From assembly GCA_035433205.1 (NCBI GenBank), contig DAORUN010000003.1, positions 4,574 to 68,573 of the forward strand: a stretch of 64,000 bases of DNA, in the 5' to 3' direction. The position numbers were made by a program, and so were the translations under genes. The notes under the pieces are model-generated. The model saw only the letters and a list, made by a program, of their open reading frames with translations, searched no databases and had not been told where the DNA came from. Below, one piece after another: positions 26,273-35,255 of this stretch. This DNA is from Thermoflexales bacterium. Lineage in GTDB: Bacteria > Chloroflexota > Anaerolineae > J036 > Brachytrichaceae. How positions within the stretch are numbered: the stretch's first letter is position 1; each line of letters starts with the position of its first letter.

Positions 26273-28495
26273 ATGTTTAGTTCACGCCCGCGCCTGCTCT
26301 CGCTCGCGCCCATCTTTTTTTTGATGGCGTTTTGGCTGGCTTTTTTTGCGCCAGTTATCGCGGGCAGCGCCATGTTTGAGCCAGGCGATTTCACCCTGCA
26401 ATTTTTGGCGTTCCGGCGCATCGCGTTTGAGCAATTCGCGCAAGGGCATTTGCCTGTTTTCACCGAGTGCATTTATTCCGGTTATCCCTTTCAGCAAGAC
26501 CCGCAAGCGCAAGTGCTTTACCCGCCCGTTCTGGCGTTCATGCTGATGGGTCGCGGGCTGGGGTGGGGCACGTATCCTCTGCAAGCCTTGCAATGGGAAG
26601 TGATGCTTCACACTCTGATGGCGGCCATCGGCATGTTTGCCTTTTTGCGCGAGCTAAAACTTTCTCGCATTCCTAGCGTGGCAGGTGCATTAACTTTTGC
26701 ATTTGGTGGCTATCTCACCAGTTACCCCATTTTGCAGACCGCCATTTTGGAAACAGCCGCGTGGCTGCCTTTGCTCATGCTGTTTTTGCATCGGGTGGTG
26801 ATGGATTCTCGGTGGGTCAGGCCTGCGCTGGCCGCCGCGTTGGTCGGTGCAATTTCGTTCACCGCGGGTCATCCGCAAACCTTGATGATCATGGTGTATG
26901 CCTGCGCCCTCGCGTTTGGCTGGTGGGCCAAAGAAACCGCACTGCCCGCCGCAAAGGCCATCCCCCGCGCCGTGTTTGTGATGCTATTTCTGGTCGCGTT
27001 CTCTGCCGCGCAACTCATCCCCTCGCTCTCGTTCATGCTCGGTTCCACCCGCGCCGGGCTGAATTACGAAACGGCTGGCGGCGGGTTTGGCTTGCATGAT
27101 ATCGCCCAATTTCTCATCCCCCGCGCGTTGGCAAACTGGTCTGCGCTGTACGTTGGGGTGGTGGGTTTAACTTTGGCGTTCCTAGCGCTCCGGGCGGTCA
27201 AAGCGCCCGGAGCGCTAAAACAAGCGACCGGGGCACTTACCAAACTCTTCATTTGGATGGCGCTTGGAGCGCTTGTCATCTCGTTTGGCATCAACGCATT
27301 TGGATTTGACATGGCCTACCTCGCCGCGCCCGGCTACCGCCAGTTCCAAAGCCAGGCGCGCCACGCACTGGTGATTGCCTTCGCGCTGGCGGCGCTGGCG
27401 GCGCTGGGTTTGCAAACGCTCATGACCTCCTCGCGGCGGCCTCGCGTGTTCAGCCGCGCGCTGGTTGTTGCGGCGATTGGGCTGGCGCTCATCCCGGCGG
27501 TTTTGTATTTTGGCGCAAAACCCATCGGCAACCTCTCGCCAGATGCGCCCCCCATCATTGCGCGGCTGTTTGTGCAAGCCGCGCTGTTTTTGGCGCTGGC
27601 ATGGGTTTTGGCCCGCCCGCGCCCGCTGGGCTGGGCGCTTCTCGCGCTGATGGCGCTTGACCTGCTCATCGCCCAGCAGACGGCCTCAACCGTACCATTT
27701 CGTGACCCCTTCCCGCCAAACAGCTTACTAACCGCAATTCCTAAAACGGATGAGCGCATCAACAACCATTTTGGTTTGCCACTGAACTATGGGTGTCTCA
27801 ATGGCCTCAATGAAATTGGCGGCGGATCACCCATCGTGCTGGCGACTTACAAGGAGTTTTTAGCGCGAACGCCAGAGGAAGTGCTTGCCAAACTGCTCAA
27901 TGTGCGCTATGCCGTTACGTGGCGCGGGGGGATGGGCACAGATAGCGGCGCGGTGATTCCATCCCACAAAATTGGAGAAGGCAAGCTGTATGACACGCCG
28001 GTGAACACCTTTGCGCTAGACTGGGAGCCGCGCCCCGGTTTTGCGTGGGTGGCAAGCAAAGTGACCGCCGTTTCTTTGCCCAATGAGATTTATGCGCGGA
28101 TGGCGGATAAATCGTTTGACCTGTTTAACGAGGTAATTGTGGAACAAAAAGACCTAACAGGTTTCCAAAACCTGTTAGGTCTCAGCAAAAATGTTGGCGT
28201 GGAGGGCAAAAGCGCGGGTTACATCAAAATTGCGGCCTCGCTGGATGCGCCCGGCATTTTGGTGGTGAGCGAGGCCTGGCACTGGAACTGGATCGCCCAA
28301 GTGGATGGCGCGGAAGTCAAACCCATTTTGGCCGATGGCGCTTTGATTGGCGTTCCGCTCGGCGCGGGTCATCACACGGTTGAGTTGAGCTACCGCCCGC
28401 TGGACTTGTGGGTTGGGGCAGGGGTAAGCGTGTTGGCGATATTAGCTGGTTTAATTTTGTTAGCCAGAAAGCCTAAAAGTCTGCGAGACTTTTAA
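26273..28495 (+). CDS. YfhO-family polytopic membrane protein (putative glycosyltransferase)
   Basis: The N-terminal FFAPVIAGSAMFEPGDFTLQFLAF...GHLPVFTECIYSGYPFQQDPQ and the C-terminal VVSEAWHWNWIAQVDGAEVKP...GAGHHTVELSYRP resemble YfhO family ends. More than 12 TM helices. Confidence 0.6.
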   Translation: MFSSRPRLLSLAPIFFLMAFWLAFFAPVIAGSAMFEPGDFTLQFLAFRRIAFEQFAQGHLPVFTECIYSGYPFQQDPQAQVLYPPVLAFMLMGRGLGWGTYPLQALQWEVMLHTLMAAIGMFAFLRELKLSRIPSVAGALTFAFGGYLTSYPILQTAILETAAWLPLLMLFLHRVVMDSRWVRPALAAALVGAISFTAGHPQTLMIMVYACALAFGWWAKETALPAAKAIPRAVFVMLFLVAFSAAQLIPSLSFMLGSTRAGLNYETAGGGFGLHDIAQFLIPRALANWSALYVGVVGLTLAFLALRAVKAPGALKQATGALTKLFIWMALGALVISFGINAFGFDMAYLAAPGYRQFQSQARHALVIAFALAALAALGLQTLMTSSRRPRVFSRALVVAAIGLALIPAVLYFGAKPIGNLSPDAPPIIARLFVQAALFLALAWVLARPRPLGWALLALMALDLLIAQQTASTVPFRDPFPPNSLLTAIPKTDERINNHFGLPLNYGCLNGLNEIGGGSPIVLATYKEFLARTPEEVLAKLLNVRYAVTWRGGMGTDSGAVIPSHKIGEGKLYDTPVNTFALDWEPRPGFAWVASKVTAVSLPNEIYARMADKSFDLFNEVIVEQKDLTGFQNLLGLSKNVGVEGKSAGYIKIAASLDAPGILVVSEAWHWNWIAQVDGAEVKPILADGALIGVPLGAGHHTVELSYRPLDLWVGAGVSVLAILAGLILLARKPKSLRDF
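28151..28181. repeat. Perfect 14-bp palindrome inside the YfhO-like CDS
   Basis: GACCTAACAGGTTT-cca-AAACCTGTTAGGTC. It encodes ...KDLTGFQNLLGLS... in frame. Confidence 0.8.
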
Positions 28496-28497
28496 GC
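28471..28497. terminator. 27-nt hairpin GCCTAAAAGTCT-GCG-AGACTTTTAAGC (inverted copy of the 23828 element)
   Basis: Its reverse complement differs from the 23828-23854 element at 2 of 27 positions. It spans the overlapping stops of the convergent YfhO-like and MshA-like genes. Confidence 0.7.
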
Positions 28498-29748
28498 CCT
28501 GCCAATCTCTCCATAAATCGCCAGCAATTTGTCCACAATTTTGTTCCAATCAAAATCTTCGGCGTAGCACGCGGCGGCGTGACCCATGCGGCGGCGCACC
28601 ACCTCATCGCCCAGCAGGTGATCCATCGCATCGGCCAGTTTGACCGGGCTTTTGACCGGCACACGGATGCCGGTTTTGTTGTGCTGAACCAGCTGGCTCA
28701 GCCCGCCCACATCCGAGGCGATGACCGGCGTGCCGCAGGCCATCGCCTCCAGCGCAACCATGCCAAACGATTCGTAATGCGAGGGCATGACCAGACAATC
28801 GGCGGCGGAGTAATAAAAATGCAGCGCGTCCTGGTCGCGCGCGCCAAGGAACACCACGAGGTCCTTCAGCCCCAGCGATTCGCGCAAGGCGAATAGCCGC
28901 GCCATCTCCGCGTTTTGGCGCTGACCCTCTTCGCTGGGGTCGCCGCCGATGATGGACACACACATCTTGTCAAAATCCCACGAAAGTTCGCCTCGCGCGT
29001 GGCGTTCTCGCAAAACGGCCACCGCGCGGAGCAGCGAATCGGTGCCTTTCAGCGGCTCAATCCGCCCGGCGAACAGAACCATTTTGTGCTCTGGCGGTAT
29101 GCCGATGACCGACTTGGCATAGTCCTGGTCAATGGGGTGAAAGCGCGAAGTGTCTACGCCGGGCGGCACAATGCGAATGCGCCGCGACCCCGCGCCGTAA
29201 AACCGGATGAGTTGGGTGCGCTCCACGCTGGTGTTGGCCGTGATCAAATCAGCGCGGTCGCACAAATGACATTCGTTTTGCAGCCGCAATTCCGATTCGC
29301 GGTCTTCGGGCCGCTCGGCGATTTGGTTTTTTAGCTCGGCCAGCGTGTGAAAGGTCTGCACAAATTTTGTGCCCCAGCATTCGCGCAGGGCATCGGCCAC
29401 CAGACCAGACAGCCAGTAATGCGCATGGATGACATCGTATTGCAAATTATTTTTGCCCGCAAACTCGCACATCCATTCGGTGAAGGCCGGCACGAGCGCG
29501 TAGAGATCATTCTTTGGCACAGGCGCTTCCGGGCCAGCCGGAACGTGAATCACCCGCGCGTCTGGCGCGATGCGCGGGTCAATTCGCAAAGAGTGCGAGC
29601 CGTTGCTGCGCGTAAAAATATCCACCTTGTGCCCGCGATGCGCCAGCGCCCGCGCGGCCTCGCGCACAAACACATTCATGCCGCCGGTGTCTTTGCCGCC
29701 CAGCGTTGCCAGCGGCGAGGTGTGCATGGAGATAAACGCGATGCGCAT
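28492..29748 (-). CDS. GT4 glycosyltransferase, MshA-like (D-inositol-3-phosphate glycosyltransferase family)
   Basis: MRIAFISMHTSPLATLGGKDTGGMNVFVREAARALAHRGHKVDIFTR closely follows the MshA-type N-terminal signature. The C-terminal ESFGMVALEAMACGTPVIAS block is also present. Confidence 0.75.
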   Translation of the reverse strand: MRIAFISMHTSPLATLGGKDTGGMNVFVREAARALAHRGHKVDIFTRSNGSHSLRIDPRIAPDARVIHVPAGPEAPVPKNDLYALVPAFTEWMCEFAGKNNLQYDVIHAHYWLSGLVADALRECWGTKFVQTFHTLAELKNQIAERPEDRESELRLQNECHLCDRADLITANTSVERTQLIRFYGAGSRRIRIVPPGVDTSRFHPIDQDYAKSVIGIPPEHKMVLFAGRIEPLKGTDSLLRAVAVLRERHARGELSWDFDKMCVSIIGGDPSEEGQRQNAEMARLFALRESLGLKDLVVFLGARDQDALHFYYSAADCLVMPSHYESFGMVALEAMACGTPVIASDVGGLSQLVQHNKTGIRVPVKSPVKLADAMDHLLGDEVVRRRMGHAAACYAEDFDWNKIVDKLLAIYGEIGRA

Positions 29749-29775
29749 GATGGATATTTTTACGCGGTTTGCGCT

Positions 29776-31143
29776 TTACTTGTCGCCTTCCGCCTCGCAA
29801 ATCTGCCAGAATTTCTTCCATGCGCGGCCGCTCACTTCTTTACCTTTCGCGGCAATCTCGGCCTCATCCAGGGTGAGGAGTTTTCGGTCGGCCATGAGCA
29901 CGCGCCCGCCCACAATCGTGTGCGTCACCATCCCGCCATCCATGCCAAAGACCATGTGCCACGGCACGTTATCTTTGTGAATCTCGGTGAACGGATGGTA
30001 GTCCATCAAGATCACATCGCCCGGTGAGCCAGCCGCAAGAACGCCGGTGGTTTGCGGGAAGAACATTTGCGCAATTTTGGCGTTGTTCTGATACACCATG
30101 CCCGTGATTTTGTCCGCGCCCATCGCGCGTGGGTCCAGCGCGGTGACTTTATGCAGTTTGTCGCAAATGGTCATCTCGGCAAACGCGTCGTTGCTAAAGC
30201 CATCGTTGCCCAACCCCACGCAAATGCCGCACTCCAGCATGGTTTGCACGCGGGCCGCGCCCACGCCGTTGTTCATGTTGCTGCGCGGCTGGTGCATCAC
30301 TTTTGCGCCTGCGGCTTTTACCAGCTCCATCTCGGCCTCATCAATGTGAATGCAATGCGCCAACATGCTTTTGCTGTTGAGCGCATTGTGCCTGGCCAGC
30401 CGCTGCACCGCCCGCATGTTGTGGTGTTTGATGGCCTCCAGTTCGTCTGCGTTGTCTTCTGCGACATGGATGTGCAAAGGGATGCCCAGCTCGTTGGCAA
30501 GCCCGGCGCAGGTGTCCAGCGTGGCATCGCTCACGGTAAACTGCGCATGCACGCCAAAAGCCGCCGCCAAATTCTGAATTCTGAATTCTGAATTCTGAAT
30601 TCGTTTTGCAAATCGAACATTTTCTTCAATACCGCGTTTTGCGCCGTCCATGCCGTTGCGGTCGGTCACTTCGTAACACAGCCCGGCGCGCAGGCCGCTG
30701 GCCGCCACCGCGTCGGCAATTGCATCCAAAGAGCCTTCGATGGCATCCGGGCTGGCGTGATGGTCAATAAGGGTGGTTGTGCCGTGTTTGATGGCGTCTA
30801 CCAGGCATACCAGCGCGGAGTATTTGCTGCCTTCAATATCCAGAGCGCGATCCAACCGCCACCACAATTTTTGCAAAATTTCTACAAAGTTTTTGGCGGG
30901 CGCGCCCGGGATGTAAAGCCCTCGCGCAAAAGCGCCATAAAAATGGGTGTGCGAGCAGATGTTGCCCGGAAGAAGATACTTGCCCCCCGCGTCAATCGTG
31001 GTTGCGCCTGCGGGCGCGGCGATGAGGCCCTCGCTAATCTGGGCGATCACGCCGTCCGTTATCAACAGGCTGCCATCCCGAACGACGTGGTTGGGCTGGG
31101 TCATGGTGATGATGTTTGCGTGGGTTATGAGCAAGTTGGACAT
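29776..31143 (-). CDS. Amidohydrolase superfamily, SsnA/chlorohydrolase-like aminohydrolase
   Basis: Trimmed to the ATG at 31143 (MSNLLITHANIITM...). LLPGNICSHTHFYGAFARG is a metal-binding HxH block. It contains the in-frame GAATTCT repeat that encodes RIQNSEFRIQN. Confidence 0.7.
   Translation of the reverse strand: MSNLLITHANIITMTQPNHVVRDGSLLITDGVIAQISEGLIAAPAGATTIDAGGKYLLPGNICSHTHFYGAFARGLYIPGAPAKNFVEILQKLWWRLDRALDIEGSKYSALVCLVDAIKHGTTTLIDHHASPDAIEGSLDAIADAVAASGLRAGLCYEVTDRNGMDGAKRGIEENVRFAKRIQNSEFRIQNLAAAFGVHAQFTVSDATLDTCAGLANELGIPLHIHVAEDNADELEAIKHHNMRAVQRLARHNALNSKSMLAHCIHIDEAEMELVKAAGAKVMHQPRSNMNNGVGAARVQTMLECGICVGLGNDGFSNDAFAEMTICDKLHKVTALDPRAMGADKITGMVYQNNAKIAQMFFPQTTGVLAAGSPGDVILMDYHPFTEIHKDNVPWHMVFGMDGGMVTHTIVGGRVLMADRKLLTLDEAEIAAKGKEVSGRAWKKFWQICEAEGDK
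30569..30603. repeat. Five tandem GAATTCT-type heptamers inside the SsnA-like CDS
   Basis: AAATTCT GAATTCT GAATTCT GAATTCT GAATTCG. Read on the minus strand it encodes RIQNSEFRIQN in frame. Confidence 0.9.
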
Positions 31144-31197
31144 GGACGCAATCGTATCAGAACGCAGAATTGTGTTCTGCATTATCATTGGCCCGCA

Positions 31198-32229
31198 ATG
31201 AAAAATGTGATGATTACCGGTGGCGCCGGATTTATTGGCTCTAACTTTGTGCATTACGCACTGGAAAAACACCCCGACTGGAAGGTGACGGTGTTTGACA
31301 AGCTCACTTACGCAGGCAATTTGGACAATCTCAAAAGTTTAGATGAGAAGTTCAAGGGGCGATATAGCTTCGCGCATGGCGATATCGCCGACCGCGAAAC
31401 TGTGTTTGGCGCGGTGCGCGATAACGGGATTGACCTCATCATCAACTTTGCCGCAGACACGCACGTAGATCGCTCGCTCATGGAGCCGGGCACGTTCATC
31501 ATGACCGATGTGTATGGCACATACATCTTGCTGGAGGCCGCCAAAGAGTTTAAGGTGGCGCGGTATCACCAGATCAGCACGGATGAGGTGTATGGCGACT
31601 TGGAATCGGGCCGGGCAGATGAGAACACGACCGTGCTGCGCCCCAGCAGCCCATATTCGGCCAGCAAAACCGGCGGTGACCTGATGTGTCTGGCGTATCA
31701 CCGTTCGTTTGGCGTGCCGGTTACCATTTCGCGCGGGTCAAATAACATTGGGCCGTATCAGTATCCAGAGAAGGCCGTGCCCCTGTTCATCACCAACGCC
31801 ATTGACGATATTCCGCTCCCGCTGTATGGCGACGGGCTTCAGCAGCGCGATTACCAGTATGTGATGGATCACTGCGAGGGCATTGATATGGTGATTGAGA
31901 AGGGCAAACTGGGCGAGGCGTATAACATTGGCAGCGGGGTGGAAACCCGCAACATAGACATGATTCACGCCATTCTGGATTTGCTGGGCAAGCCAAAATC
32001 GCTCATCCAGCCGGTGAAAGATCGCCCTGGTCACGACCGCCGTTATGCGATTGACCACGCCAAACTGGCTGCGCTGGGGTGGAGCAGCCGCAACCCGTTC
32101 GCGCAAGCCATCGAGAAAACCGTGCGCTGGTATGTGGATAACGAATGGTGGTGGCGCAAAATTAAATCCGGCGCGGAATATCAAAGCTATTACAAAAAGC
32201 AGTATGCCGGGCGGGAAGTAAAAAACTGA
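31198..32229 (+). CDS. rfbB: dTDP-glucose 4,6-dehydratase
   Basis: MKNVMITGGAGFIGSNFV Rossmann N-terminus, YSASKTGGD catalytic YxxxK and the PGHDRRYAID tail. The tracked ORF start at 30757 is an antisense-overlap extension. Confidence 0.9.
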   Translation: MKNVMITGGAGFIGSNFVHYALEKHPDWKVTVFDKLTYAGNLDNLKSLDEKFKGRYSFAHGDIADRETVFGAVRDNGIDLIINFAADTHVDRSLMEPGTFIMTDVYGTYILLEAAKEFKVARYHQISTDEVYGDLESGRADENTTVLRPSSPYSASKTGGDLMCLAYHRSFGVPVTISRGSNNIGPYQYPEKAVPLFITNAIDDIPLPLYGDGLQQRDYQYVMDHCEGIDMVIEKGKLGEAYNIGSGVETRNIDMIHAILDLLGKPKSLIQPVKDRPGHDRRYAIDHAKLAALGWSSRNPFAQAIEKTVRWYVDNEWWWRKIKSGAEYQSYYKKQYAGREVKN

Positions 32230-32232
32230 CAA

Positions 32233-32295
32233 GGATGTAGAGGATGACAGGGATGATGCGATTTCCAAGTCATCCAAGTCATCGAAGTCATCCCC
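32233..32295. repeat. Tandem 9-nt-unit hairpin (GGATGAnnn / GTCATCnAA)
   Basis: GGATGTAGA GGATGACAG GGATGATGC ... GTCATCCAA GTCATCGAA GTCATCCCC, between the rfbB stop and the rnz start. Confidence 0.7.
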
Positions 32296-32298
32296 TTC

Positions 32299-33216
32299 AT
32301 GTTTGAACTCACTTTCCTCGGCACAGCGGCCTCGGTGCCGCTCATCAAACGCGGATTGAGCAGCGCGGTGGTGGCGCACGATGAATACCGCATGATGGTG
32401 GATTGCGGCGAAGGCACGCAACGCCAGGTGCTGATGTCTGGCCTCGGTTTTCGGCGGCTGGAGCATATCTTTATCACTCACAGTCACCTCGACCACATTT
32501 TGGGGCTGGGCGGCATGTTGTCTACGCTGGGGCAATGGGAATCGGTGGAGCGGTTGACCATTTACGCCGGAGCCACCGCCTGTGAGAAGATCGCAGACCT
32601 CGTCACCAAAGTTGTTTTTCGCGGGGCGCGCCCGCCGGTGGCCATTGAGATGAAACCCGTTCAGCCGGGGGTTGTGCTTAAGGCCGAGGATTTTGATGTG
32701 GTGGCTTTCCCCGTGCGCCACCGCGGCCCAGATTGTTTTGGATACGTGTTTCAGGAGCATTCGCGCAGGCCGTTTTTGAATGACAAGGCTACCGAGCTGG
32801 GCGTGCCGCTTGGCCCGGAGCGCAAAACATTAATCGCCGGAAAACCCATCACCCTGAGCGATGGCCGAATTGTGCAACCCAATGACGTGCTGGGTGAGTT
32901 GCAGCGCGGGAGCAAACTGGTGATGACCGGCGATACGGGTGACACAGAGAGCCTTATCAAAATTTGCAAAGATGCCGATGTGCTGGTGACCGAAGCCACA
33001 TATTTGGCCGAAGATATTGGCCTTGCCCGTGATTATGGGCACAGCACAGCGGCAGAGGCCGCCACGCTGGCAAAAAACGCCGGGGTGGGGCAGCTCGTGC
33101 TCACACACATCTCTGGGCGTTACCCAGAAAACGTAATTGAAGCCGAAGCCCGCGCCATTTTTCCTAACACGGTTGTAGCGCGTGATTTTGATAAATTCAA
33201 GATCCGCGCCGCCTAG
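32299..33216 (+). CDS. rnz: Ribonuclease Z (metallo-beta-lactamase fold)
   Basis: MFELTFLGTAASVP, VDCGEGTQRQ and ITHSHLDHILGLGG motifs. 305 aa. Confidence 0.85.
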   Translation: MFELTFLGTAASVPLIKRGLSSAVVAHDEYRMMVDCGEGTQRQVLMSGLGFRRLEHIFITHSHLDHILGLGGMLSTLGQWESVERLTIYAGATACEKIADLVTKVVFRGARPPVAIEMKPVQPGVVLKAEDFDVVAFPVRHRGPDCFGYVFQEHSRRPFLNDKATELGVPLGPERKTLIAGKPITLSDGRIVQPNDVLGELQRGSKLVMTGDTGDTESLIKICKDADVLVTEATYLAEDIGLARDYGHSTAAEAATLAKNAGVGQLVLTHISGRYPENVIEAEARAIFPNTVVARDFDKFKIRAA

Positions 33217-33335
33217 CGTTCATTTTTGCGAGACATTCCGCAAAAACTGATAGCTTTTTAGGGCCAACCTCTATATGATTGCCGTGTCCAATCGCATTTT
33301 GTCTGGATTAGGGATAAACATAGGAGGAAGTTCAA

Positions 33336-35042
33336 ATGAACAAAACACGAACTAAAAGTAATTTTTCGCGCTTGGCAGTAGCTGCTTTTGCGTTGGTTTT
33401 TGTGGCTTGTACCGCCGTGCCAGCCAGCAGCCCTGCAGGCGTCAACGCGCCATCAAGCAAGGGAGGCCCAGTTATTGGCCCCGAAGAAACACCTGTGCCA
33501 GAATACGGTGGTGATCCATCGCTCAAGGACTTGGGAAATGGCATCTCGGTCGGCACATCGGTGCATAACGACTCATCCAAGCCGTTGCGTGATATTGAAC
33601 CCATCACCCCTGGACCAAAATCTGATAAGCCCCAGATTGAGAAGGAAAACCCGCCGTTGCCTCTCAAGGATCACATTGATAAAGACGATGAGGTTTTGCA
33701 AGACAGCTTTGGCAACACCATAAACGCAGTCAATGCGATGGTGATTGGCGCCGGCTTTCAGGGCATTAACCAGGCGGGCGGATGCGGCAACTGCGCCCCG
33801 CCAGATACAAACGGCGATGTTGGCCCCAATCACTATGTGCAAAGCGTGAACTCATCGTTTGCGGTGTATAGCAAGACCGGCACAAAGTTGTATGGCCCGG
33901 CCAACATCAACACGTTGTGGAGCGGCTTTGGCGGCGCCTGCCAGACCCGCAACGATGGCGACCCGATTGTGCTTTACGATTCCATGGCCGACCGCTGGTT
34001 GGTGAGCCAGTTCACGGCCGCGTCGCCGTATTACGAGTGCGTGGCGATCTCGCAGACTGGCGACCCGCTGGGGGCGTGGTATCGCTATGCCTTCCAGCTC
34101 AGCACAACCGACTTCCCTGATTACCCGCATTTGGGTGTGTGGCCGGACGGGTATTACATGAGTGTGAACATCTTCCTAAACGGGTCATCGTATGGCGGCC
34201 CGCGCCCGTATGTGTTTGACCGCGCCAAGATGCTGGCCGGGCAGCCTGCCACCTTCCAGACCACCAGCGCGGCGCTGGGCAGCGGCGTGAATCCCATCAT
34301 GCCCGCCGATCTGGATGGCGCTACATTGCCCGCCACCGGCGCGCCAAATGTGTTCGTGGGTTTTGGCAGCACCATGAAGTTGTATAAATTTGCCGTGAAC
34401 TGGACGACGCCATCGGCCACAACCTGGACGCAGCACGCCACGCTCGCGCCGGCTGGCTTCACCGCGTTGTGCACCACCGGGCGCAACTGTGTGCCCCAGC
34501 GCGGCACAGCCCAGAAGCTGGATGGGTTGGGCGACCGGCTCATGAACCGCGTGGCTTACCGCAATCTGGGAACGTCTGAGTCTCTGCTGGTTTCCCACGC
34601 GGTGATGGCTGGCTCCAGCAAGCGCACGCAAGCTGCGGCCATGCGCTGGTATGAGATTCGCAACCCGGCAGCCACACCTTCTATCTACCAGCAAGGCACT
34701 TTCTCGCCAGACACAACCTGGCGCTGGATGGGCAGCGTGGCGATGGACAAGAACGGCGGCATTGGCTTGGGATACAGCGCATCAAGCGGCACCCTTTATC
34801 CTTCAATTCGCGCAACGGGCCGCTTGGCGACGGATGCGCTTGGGCAGATGACGCAAGGCGAAAGCTCGCTTTATGCTGGAACAGGGTTCCAGAATGGTGT
34901 CAACCGCTGGGGCGATTACTCCAACTTGAGCATTGACCCGGTGGATGGATGCACCTTCTGGTTCACTACTGAATACAACAACAGCGGCGGCTGGGCATGG
35001 AGCACTTACATCGGCTCCTTCAAGCTGCCAAACTGCCAGTAA
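33336..35042 (+). CDS. Secreted lipoprotein, function unknown
   Basis: A strong SD (AGGAGGA) lies upstream. The signal peptide has the lipobox LVFVAC, followed by a Pro/Ser-rich linker and a ~450-aa domain (DVGPNHYVQSVNSSFAVY...DGDPIVLYD...) that I cannot assign. Confidence 0.6.
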   Translation: MNKTRTKSNFSRLAVAAFALVFVACTAVPASSPAGVNAPSSKGGPVIGPEETPVPEYGGDPSLKDLGNGISVGTSVHNDSSKPLRDIEPITPGPKSDKPQIEKENPPLPLKDHIDKDDEVLQDSFGNTINAVNAMVIGAGFQGINQAGGCGNCAPPDTNGDVGPNHYVQSVNSSFAVYSKTGTKLYGPANINTLWSGFGGACQTRNDGDPIVLYDSMADRWLVSQFTAASPYYECVAISQTGDPLGAWYRYAFQLSTTDFPDYPHLGVWPDGYYMSVNIFLNGSSYGGPRPYVFDRAKMLAGQPATFQTTSAALGSGVNPIMPADLDGATLPATGAPNVFVGFGSTMKLYKFAVNWTTPSATTWTQHATLAPAGFTALCTTGRNCVPQRGTAQKLDGLGDRLMNRVAYRNLGTSESLLVSHAVMAGSSKRTQAAAMRWYEIRNPAATPSIYQQGTFSPDTTWRWMGSVAMDKNGGIGLGYSASSGTLYPSIRATGRLATDALGQMTQGESSLYAGTGFQNGVNRWGDYSNLSIDPVDGCTFWFTTEYNNSGGWAWSTYIGSFKLPNCQ

Positions 35043-35054
35043 AACATGCTGGAT

Positions 35055-35087
35055 ATTGGGTATTGGGTAGGCGCTCAAATACCCAAT
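35055..35087. repeat. ATTGGGT-type hairpin
   Basis: ATTGGGT ATTGGGT A ... TACCCAAT, just after the lipoprotein stop. Confidence 0.65.
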
Positions 35088-35091
35088 GTCC

Positions 35092-35156
35092 TTTTACATC
35101 AACCGCGCAACCAGTGCGAGCCATTGCTCCAACTGAGTTGCGCGGTTGATGTAAAA
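35092..35156. repeat. 20-bp perfect-stem hairpin upstream of tRNA-Leu
   Basis: TTTTACATCAACCGCGCAAC (35092-35111) is exactly complementary to GTTGCGCGGTTGATGTAAAA (35137-35156). 25-nt loop. Confidence 0.8.
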
Positions 35157-35167
35157 TAAACCCACAC

Positions 35168-35249
35168 GCGCTGGTGGTGAAATTGGCAGACACGCCATCT
35201 TGAGGGGGTGGTGCCGCAAGGCTTGCAGGTTCAAGTCCTGTCCAGCGCA
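35168..35249 (+). tRNA. tRNA-Leu (anticodon GAG)
   Basis: Hand-folded. Acceptor GCGCTGG/CCAGCGC, anticodon arm CCATC-TTGAGGG-GGTGG, long variable arm TGCCGCAAGGCT, T arm GCAGG-TTCAAGT-CCTGT, discriminator A. Confidence 0.85.
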
Positions 35250-35255
35250 TAATTA

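Noticed and set aside
16229-30603. GAATTC (EcoRI-site) arrays as cloning-linker or assembly artefact
   Set aside because: The arrays occur at separate loci in different contexts. One is read in frame inside an otherwise intact gene. They belong to a broader set of analogous arrays with unrelated units. Confirmation from reads would still be prudent.
30757-32760. The 147-codon N-terminal extension of the rfbB ORF (30757-31197) and the 340-aa antisense ORF at 31738-32760
   Set aside because: The extension overlaps the SsnA-like gene on the other strand and lacks Rossmann features. The true start is the ATG at 31198 (MKNVMITGGAGFIG). The antisense ORF is His/Arg-rich.
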